Source: a virus. Taken from it: DNA of 38,397 nucleotides. The notes beneath the pieces are model-generated. The model was not told the origin of the DNA. It ran no database searches and saw only the letters and a program-made list of their open reading frames with translations. Positions within the stretch are counted from its first letter, which is position 1; each line of letters starts with the position of its first letter. The stretch spans positions 1 to 38,397 of IMG/VR virus record IMGVR_UViG_3300019477_000079; one strand, written 5' to 3'. Shown piece after piece: positions 9,368-18,800 of the stretch. A program made the position numbers and the translations under genes.

Positions 9368-9663
9368 ATGATAGGTATAGTACATGGGGGGGGGGTAGAA
9401 CAAAAACCCAAGAACGCGTTACACTGGGCAGTGAGTGGACTGCGCCACATAATGGAACGCTTGTATGCGCTGGACGAGCACAAGCTGACTCGGCATATAT
9501 TTTTATAAAAGACAAAAATATTAATGCATATATCGGAATGCACACTATAGAGCTCAACCAACACTATGGTACGATAACAGTACCTGTAGTAGCAGGGCAT
9601 GTGTACGAAGTTAGACGAGGGTCCTGGCAAGTTCAAAGCGATTTATTCATATACGAATCGTAA
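9368..9663 (+). CDS. tail-module small protein interrupted by a G10 tract (98 aa if read with a -1 shift or with G11/G8)
   Basis: AGGAGG at 9357-9362 and ATG at 9368. As written, the frame stops at 9506-9508 (46 aa). The -1 frame is open from before the G-run to TAA 9661-9663 and has no start codon of its own before 9538. Confidence 0.6.
9386..9395 (+). repeat. homopolymer G10
   Basis: Ten consecutive G counted directly (9386-9395), inside codons 7-10 of the gene starting at 9368. Confidence 0.95.
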
Positions 9664-9703
9664 TTTTAATAATCGACTACCATGCTGTAGTAGGATGTAC
9701 TGG

Positions 9704-9738
9704 AAACGTCATCAACTGTTAAGTTGGTGGCGTTTTCT
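9704..9738 (+). terminator. intrinsic terminator after the tail/fibre block
   Basis: AAACGTCATCAAC (9704-9716) pairs with GTTGGTGGCGTTT (9723-9735), including two G-U pairs, around the loop TGTTAA. A T-rich tail follows. Confidence 0.6.
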
Positions 9739-9811
9739 GCATTATGAAGAGAGCGAAAACGCACAAGCAAAAGTGTAATATGTAATAAAAAAAGAAAACC
9801 AGGAGGAAGGC

Positions 9812-12800
9812 ATGGCAAATAAAGACCCATTCAAAAGTGCGTATAGTGAACAGATTGCGGCACTCGTTCAAAAGGCGCAGGACAACACGGCTAATTTTAA
9901 ATATGATCCTATGACAGATGTGTCATATCAGGCACTAGCTAAAGAATATGCAAGGCTTGGAGATAGAGCAAATGAAAACACTCTAGCCAATCAAGCAGCA
10001 TTAACTGGTGGTAGGGCGAGCACTTATGCAGTAAGCGCAGCAGCACAGGCACAGAATCAGTACAATCAAGCCTTAACAGATAAGATACCAGAGCTTGAGC
10101 GCTTGGCATATGACAGATTTAACGCAGATAGAAACTACGGCTTAAATCTACTTGGAACTATGAAGTCACTAGATGACTCAGCATATAGTAGATTTACTGA
10201 TCAGAGGAACTTTAATTATCAGCAGGGAAGAGACAATGTCGCTGATCAACACTGGGATAAAACATTTGATTACCAGAAGCTGCGAGACAGTGTTGCTGAT
10301 TCACATTGGGATAAAAATTTTGATTACCAAAAACAAAGAGATAATGTATCAGACTCACACTGGGAAAGAAACTTTAATTATCAGCAGGGAAGAGACAGCG
10401 TGAGCGACTCACACTGGGAAAGAGAGTATCAGTTAAAAAAAGACTCAGCCTCTAGAGCAGGTCGGCGCTCTGGGGGCGGTAGACACAGCCGAAAAGGAAG
10501 AAGAGGAAGAGGTGGAAGTTATCAAGAGCAATCAACACAGGTTGTATCATATGTTCCTAGTGTTGCTGCTCAAATTGCCCAGAATGCAGCGAAAGGGATT
10601 TTAACAGGTAAGGCTAAAAAAGGTAAGTCGGTTAAATCTCAAACGTATAAAAAGGCTGCCAGAATGGGATACGCTCCTATAGCGTTTAGAAGAAATACAC
10701 CTGCAGAGGCAAGAGCAGCTGCAAGAAAAGCAGTAAAGAGAATCATCTACGGAGATAATAAGCATTATGTAAGCAAAGATCCTGTAAGGCGTGCGAACGA
10801 TATATTCAACAATACACAGATGGCAGGTATAAATAATAATTCGGATAGACGCGCGCTGTATGCTCTTAAAGGTTTAGTTGAATCTAAAAAATCTGACCTG
10901 CTTAACGCAGCGTGGACTGTTACCTCAACACCTACACTCGATCCTAAGAGTATGCACCAGGATCTACAGAGATACAGCGAACTAGGATATATCAAGAATG
11001 GAATGCTAGACGCCGACAAACTGTCAAAAGATGCTAGAGATGCATTTAGTGGATTTTATAAATACGTTGAGAAAACAAGACAAAAAGCTGAAGCGCTTAA
11101 CTACATGGCGAAAGAGGCAGGTATTTATAAAACAGAACTGCAGTATGATACCAAAGCCGGCAAGTTCAAGAGAAAGCTATACTTAAAAGATAAAAACGGT
11201 AACGAACCAAGAGAGGGCGTAATTGAAAAGCCTAGCGCTGGTCAGAAATTCGCTATAGATATTGCACAAGGAACGCTAGGCTTCCTTGCTGATTTAGCTG
11301 TAGGCAAATTTACAGGCGTAGGAATACTGCCTGTAATGGGTGTTAACGCATTCGGACAAGGGGCAGGAGACGCGAGGGCTGCAGGCGCAGGTATATATTC
11401 CCAATGGGGCGCTGGATTAACAAACGCAGGAATCAATGTTGGAACTGAAAAAATGTGGAGTACATCAAATATCATGAGAAACTCTACAGGTAGAGGACTA
11501 TTAGATAATGGTGCTGAAAAGTTTGCTAACAAAATGGCTGCTAGATTCGCAAAGGGAACTGCGGCAGATGAGATAAGATACAAAGCAATTAAGCTTGGTC
11601 TAGCTGCATCAACCGAAGGTGTAGAAGAATTTATGAATGCAATTCTCCAGCCAATATCTGATAGATTTTACGACCCAGATGCGTTTAAGAAAATAGCAGA
11701 GAATCCTACAGGCTACCTTGCGGATGCTGTTTATCAGGGCATAGTAGGTACAGCAATAGGCGGTATTGTTGGGGGTCCTAGCGGAGTAAATATGAATATT
11801 GAACTGTCTGCAGAAGATAAAGAAAAAATACTGCAGGCAGGTCTTGCTATGTCTGAAAAGAGCAGCGCAAACAACTTTGCTAGGTCGATTGATAAAAATA
11901 GACTTAAGGGCGGTAAAGTACTAAATAATGCTATCCTAGATTTAAAACATAAAATTGAATCCGGAAGAGAACTAACAGAGCATGATCAGATGCTTTTAAG
12001 CGCAGCAAAGAAATCGCGCATAAGAGGCGCAGAGAATGTATCCGGTAGTTTTATTATCAGATCCGAAGAAGGACTAAACACTGAATATGATAGAGAAAAG
12101 GCGTCCGTACTTTTAACTCAAAAAGTTGCGAACAGAGAAAAAGAAGTTAGGAAGTACTTACAGGATGCAGATACTCCTAAAAAGACTATTGATGAACTGT
12201 CATTCCCAGTAGCCAGGATATTAGAGGGAACAGGCAGCAGTGCAGATGTAGAAAATGTACTATTCACAGTAGATAACAATCCAGCTCTTGAACTAATTCA
12301 GAACGAAACAACGCAGGATTTAAACGTAGGAATGCTGCCTAGAATGAACAATGGAATGATAATGGGCGGTGCCAGAGAAACGCAGAGCTTCAAGAAAGAG
12401 CTAAACTCTTTTATGGAAGCAAGATACGAGAGCAACGTTGAAGAAATATTGCCGAAAGCAAAGGACGCAGCAAAAAAAGAAATGCTGGCATCTATTGGCA
12501 TGAAAACAAATCCAGAAATAGAAAAGCTGTTCGATGAAGGCGCAAAGAATGTGAAGGAAGGCGAAGAGTTTATAAACTATGCACACGCATTTAATTACTT
12601 CTACGATTCTGGAAGAAGAGGATTAGACTACAAGAATCTTGACAAGGCTATATTCCAAAGTGAGCTAGTACCTGCAGATATCCGTAAAAAGATATACGAG
12701 ATAGGAAAAGCTGAGAGAGAAGATAATAACATCATTACAAACAAGTCAAAGCTACCGATAGGATTTAAAGCCGGAAGAGTAACACTTGGTGAGAACGTGA

Positions 12801-15800
12801 GCATGAGCAACTCAATGACTAACGCATACAGAACACTCGCTAAGTCTTTTGGTGTTGAAATATCTCTTGAAGAGAATATCAAAGACTCAGAAGGTAACGA
12901 AGTAAACGGCTATTACAAGAATGGAACTATCCACATTTCCATGAAATCAGATAGCCCTGTTGTTAATGTTCTAAAACATGAGGTAACACACCATATCCAG
13001 GTTAATTCACCTAGGCAGTATGCAGCATTTAAAAAGTATGTGCTTGATGAATTCTATAACTCAAATCTTGCTGAGTATGAAAATAAACTCAACAAGTATA
13101 TGAATGACTACAAGGACATATCACGTGCCGAAGCAGAAGATGAATTGCTAGCGGATGCTACAGATGTTTTTTGGAAGGGCGATGCTGATGCAGAAGCAGC
13201 AGTTAAAACACTTGTAGAAAAAAATAGAAGCCTTGGAGAAACAATCCTCAAGGCTATTAAGTCTACAGTAGATAAGCTAAACACATTAAGCAAGAATGTT
13301 ATAAACGCATTAAAAGGGGAATACCGCGGTAAGTGGCTTGAAGAACTAGGAATCCTTGAAAAAGCACAAGAGATGTGGACTAATGCTTTGATGAATCCTG
13401 AAATAGATAAATTTGAAGAGGCTGTTAATAATAATGATGAAATCAAATTCATGTATAAAGGTAAGGATTCAGAGGGTAGAGATGTTTTCTCAATTTCTAG
13501 CAAAACGAAAAAGCTCACAAAAAAAGAAAAGCGAACAGAATTAACGGAGAGATTTAAAAACGGAGAAGTATTAACTGTTGAATTCGATAACGGCAAAGGT
13601 AGAAAGTATACAGCTAAGCCACATGAGGATTTTGCAGGAAAGAATTTTTACGGTGACAAACAAACAAAATCGATTAATGCATTTAATAAAAAGGTGAATC
13701 TATTCTATGAAGGGGATTTATCGAAACTGTTACAGAATTCGGAATACATAAGACCTGGAGATGAAAAGAAGGAACATAAAAATGTAATCAAATGGGAGTA
13801 CTACAAAAAAGAAATTGTAATAGGAGAAACGCCGTATAAATTATTGATTAATGTGCAAAACCGAACTGATGGGGATTTTATTTACAACATTAAATTCGAA
13901 AAAATAAAAAAAGACCAACATTGGCAAGCTATCAATGAAGATAGTAAAAATAACGCCCATGTTGGTATTGATAGTGTAAATCTATCACAAAACAACGAAG
14001 AGGTCAAGGAAAAATACCAGAGAAAAAATAGTATCTTCGATATCCCTAACAATCAGCAAGCTGATTCTAACACTATCAGGCAGCTTAACAAGAAAATCGA
14101 TGCACTGATTCTAAATCAGACTAAAACAAAGGGAACCATACCTAAAAGGTCATCTGTTGTTAGTTACCTAAAAGAACTAATAACAGAGGTCGGTTCAGAT
14201 GTAAAAGCAGAAGATTTACGTATTGATTATCACAATCTTTATAAAGCAGCTAAATCAGGTGATGATGCAACGAAAGAGAGGTTATTAAACGAAATAACAA
14301 GAGAAATTGTTAAAAATACCTATGAGACTAATCGCGTATCTCCAGAAATAAGGGATATACAGAGATATCTCAAAAATATGACTATCTCTATCGATGAAGA
14401 TTTAGAAACAGAAATCAAGAATAGATACGGCACATTTGGAAAGTTTAAAGATTATATCGATGGTGCTTTCAAAATAAAACTTAATAAGAACATCGATAGA
14501 ATGGAATATGCCGTTCCTGTTGATGACATGCTGTCTGAAATGAGCGAGCTGTTCGGAGATACTATCAAGGTTGACGGACGAAGTCTAGACGATGTTACAG
14601 ACTTTGTTACAGCTCTAGCTACAATTGCTGAGTATGCATCGGTAAAAGATAATAAAGTTTATCTTTTTGATGGCGGTGCAAACCTAACTCAGTACACCGA
14701 AAAAGAAATTGCTGAATACGAAGATGAGCTAATAAAGGATGTTAAAGCCAATCTAGAAGCTAGCCTTGGCGAGATTAAGCCTATCGTTACTTATGCAGAT
14801 AAGCAAGAGGCAAGAATTAGTAAGCTAAAAGCTAGCATGAAAAGAAGTGCTATGGATAAGCCAGAGCAAGCAAAGTCAAAGAAGCTTATAAACAAGCTGA
14901 TTAATGACACAGGCTCAAAGTTGCCGGCAGAAGATGCTACGAGAATCTATGAAGAGGTTTGGTCGGCCGTGCACCAGGCAACACCGAACGCTAGTGCAGC
15001 ATATTCTGCAGCTGCGAGGTTATCAAATGCACTCCTTAACTCGAACGAGAATAATATAAAGGAAAACCTTCAAACAAAGAAGCAAGTAATAGATCTACTC
15101 AGTGTAGGTAAAATTTATATTTCTCCAGAATTGGCAAAGAAACTAAATTACCAGGAGTTAAAGGCTAGATACGGCCATGCGTTAAGATTTACAACAGATA
15201 TCAATAGCGAGCATACAATGCCTGCTGAACTGGTATATGACTTCTTCCAAAATAAACTAGGTGAGAAATACCCTGAACTATTCGCATCAGATGCATCAGA
15301 TGCAGAAGAGGCTGTAAAGAACCTGTGTAACGCTGTAGATATGGTTGAAACATCTGCAGAGACAGACGGTCTAATTAATGGTGAATATAAAAACGTTGCT
15401 AGTGATATCACGGAATTAATACTAGATAGCGCAATTTCTATGAAGCCAGAAATGACCTATGCAGATAAACAGCAGGAGAAACTTAAAGCTGCTGTAAAGG
15501 AAGCAAGAAACAAAATAAAAGAAAGGGAGACTATAAAGAGGCAGAAAGCAGAAAAGAAACATGAAGAGGAAATAGCAGAAAAAGACAAGGCTATAGAAGA
15601 ACTCGAAAGCGCTATCAAAGAAGAAAGAGAGTCAGTAAACGAGCTAAAGCGAGATTTAAGAAAAGAGCGCAGCGAACTGAATAGAAAGAGCAAGGCGATT
15701 AATAGCATTAAGTGGTACTCTAACAAATTATCAAACAAGCTGTTAAAACCTACCAATACGCAGTTCATGCCGGAAGAGTTTAGGAAATCTATCGCAAAGG

Positions 15801-18800
15801 TTCTATCTGAGATGGATTTTTCTACAGATCGTGGCGACGCGTTCTATGAAACGCACGGATATAACAAGACCTATGAAAACTTCATGGAGTTAAAAAACGA
15901 ATATCGCAAGGTGCTTGAAGAAAAGAACGACGGTGATAGTACGTTTAGTTTTGTTGAGGACGAAGATTTTATGAATCAAATTGATTCAGTTCTTGAGGCT
16001 TTAAAAGAATCAAGGCTTGTCGATATGGACGCCGATACAATCGAAAGCGTTAGGGATGTAATTAGAGGTTTAGACGGAATTATAAATAAGCATAACGATA
16101 TGCTTAAGTATGACCAGTACAAAACAATCAGCGATACAGGAAATGCGGTAATTAGTGAACTCAGCAAAAAAGCAGAAAAGAATCGCTATGCGGGCGGAGC
16201 TAGTGCTGTATCCAAGTTTATATTCTCGAGAAATATTAATCCGGCAGATAGATTTGCTGTACTGGGTGGCACGCTCAACAAACTGTTTAAAGAGATAACA
16301 ATCGGCTTTGATGATCACGCAATGAATGTTAAAGGCGCTCAAAATGAATTTCAGAGAATTCAAGAGGCTGTAGGCGAAGATACATTTAATAATATCTGGG
16401 AGGATTCAAAAGTAGAATCCTTCAAGCTGGAATCTGGCAAAACCTTAAACCTAACTCATGGGCAGATGGTAACACTATTCCTTCTCAGCGAAAGAAATCA
16501 GGCGCTAGAACACATTCTTACTGGTGGTATTCAGACTGCAGAAGTTAAACCGAAGAAACTCGGCAAAAACACTGTACTTAGAAAAAGCTCCGTGCAGAGG
16601 GAAAAGATAACACGTAGTGATATTATAAACATCGTTAAGAGCTTATCTCCGGAAGAAATAAAGTGTGCAAAGATGATTCAGCATTACCTTAATACAACAG
16701 TCTCCGACTGGGGAAATGAAGTGTCCATGAAAGTATGGGGATACAACAAGTTTACAGAAGAAAAGTATTTCCCTATCAAGATTGCAAGAGAAACTGTAGA
16801 TGCCAATGTTGAAGAGGCGGCGGTAACTAAAATTATCAATCCAGGATTTGCAAAGAAAACAAAACCATCAGCAAAGAATGCGGTTGTGCTAGATAACGTA
16901 TTAAGTGTCGCATCAAATCATATAAGCGCTATGAGTGCGTATCAGGCACTATCTATGCCACTACAAGACCTAGAAAATGTATGGAACTATAGAGGATACG
17001 GAGAAGATGGCGTAATTAAAGGCTCTGTTAGAGAGGCAATCGAACGTGCATATGGTAGAGAGGCTAACGAATACATAGAGAAATTCTTGAAGGATGTAAA
17101 CGGCAATATCGCAAAAAGCGAGATGCCTATCACAACCAAGATTATAGGAACAGCAAAGCGTGCTGCAATTGCAGCCAACGGAAGAGTAGCTATGCAGCAG
17201 CCTATGTCAATCGTTAGAGCGTCCGCCGTGATAAATCCAAAATATCTAGCTAGGAGCAAGTATTCGCGTGATGCGGTAAAAGAGATGCAGCAACACTCAG
17301 GTGTCGCTGTGTGGAAAGATCTAGGCTACTATTCAACAGACGTAGGACCAAGTCTTACCAATGCTATGATTAACAAGGAAAATAAACTAGAGAAAGTAAC
17401 ACTTGATATGTACGGTTTCCTTGATAATATGACATGGGGTAAAATCTGGGGTGCTTGTAAGCTCAAAGTTGAAGACACAATGAACATCCATGAAGGAGAC
17501 GAAGGATACTGGCAAGCAGTAAATGAACAGTTTAGAGAAGTTGTGTATAGAACTCAGGTATTCGACTCTGTACTATCAAGATCTGAATTAATGAGGCAAA
17601 AGGATGTAGGATCATCAGTATTAACAGCATTCTTATCAGAACCAACTAAAACGCTGTCGCTGTTCATTACTAATCAGCAAATTGCAAAGCAAACGTATGA
17701 TGAGGGCAATGTAGCAGAAGCTAGAAAGCTAGTTGCAAAACAGTTCGGTTGGTTCATATCGTCAGCGGCAGCAATGGCGGTTATGAAATCTTTTTATGAT
17801 GCTGCAATAAGACACATAGCGGACGATGATAAAAAGGACAAGAATTTTGTTGAGCGATTCCTCGATGCGCTTCTAGGAGAGAACAAGCTCCATACAGACG
17901 GAAATCTATTTGGGGAACTAAATCCTATAGCTATGCTACCTGTAGGAAAGGATATCCAGTCGGCACTACAAGGATATACACCATCAAGACTAGATATGTC
18001 TCTATTTGTAAAAATTAGCGACGCATACAAGGCGTGTGTAGATCCTAAGAATAGTTTAGTTACAAAGCTTGAAAAGGTTGCTAATGCAGCAGGCGTATTC
18101 TTTGGACTTCCTGTAGATGTAGTTTATAGGGATTTAAAGGGCTCATTTGCATATATAGCATCAATACACGATTTTTTCACCGGCGCAAATACAAAACAAG
18201 ATTTGCTGATGGACTTCGCGAAAATCGAGAAAACATACAAGGGCAATAAAGGTTACTTTAAAAGCGTTGCGACCGACTCCGAAAAGTACGATAGCGAAAC
18301 GAGAGAAAAGGCAGCTAAATACATTCTTGAAAACGATAAAGAATACACAAGAGAGAAAATTGATAAAGAAACGATTAATCGCATTAAGAGAAACCATAAT
18401 GATGAAATGGATAACTTTATCAAGAAAGGCAAGAATGAAGAGGCTGAAAAACTTGCAAAGAGTCTTGCAGCGAGAAATAGCATGTTGGATGCAGAGGAGT
18501 ATTTGCAGCAGCGTATTAATAAGGTGAAGACTGATCAATTGAAGAAGATTGAAAATGCCCTCATGAAAGGTAACGTTGAAGAGGCTGAAAAGTTTGCAAA
18601 CAAATTTAACAAGATGAATATCAATGTTCAAGGCGAGCAGTACACCTCTGATGTGGCTATGGAAAAATCAAAAGAATGGATACGAAAGGAATATCTCAAA
18701 GGGGTTATTGATGGTTTAAAAGCTCAAAATAACTTAAAGGTTGAAAAACAACTCGCAAAGATAGAACGCATAGACCCAACAAATACTGATTTTCAGCGTG

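Noticed and set aside
9355-9636. - strand ORFs 9355-9636 and 9366-9557
   Set aside because: They are antisense to the G10-interrupted gene. The + strand has a strong RBS and a plausible protein sequence, and these do not.
9368-9663. The tail assembly chaperone G/GT programmed frameshift, given its position just upstream of the giant tape-measure-like ORF
   Set aside because: The shift site is at codons 7-10 rather than near the 3' end of a ~100-140-aa G protein. A terminator separates this gene from the giant ORF. No tail tube gene precedes it.
10173-10403. Track ORF (76 aa, + strand) overlapping the giant ORF
   Set aside because: It is an out-of-frame reading of the 54-nt tandem repeat, and its own repetitiveness is a by-product of that repeat. 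It has no RBS.
13108-18631. Several antisense or alternative-frame ORFs inside the giant gene (13108-13596, 15457-15768, 16070-16363, 18161-18631, 18267-18527 and others)
   Set aside because: They are shadow ORFs of a long K/E-rich coding region. Their translations are low-complexity (S/L/F-rich) and they have no RBSs.
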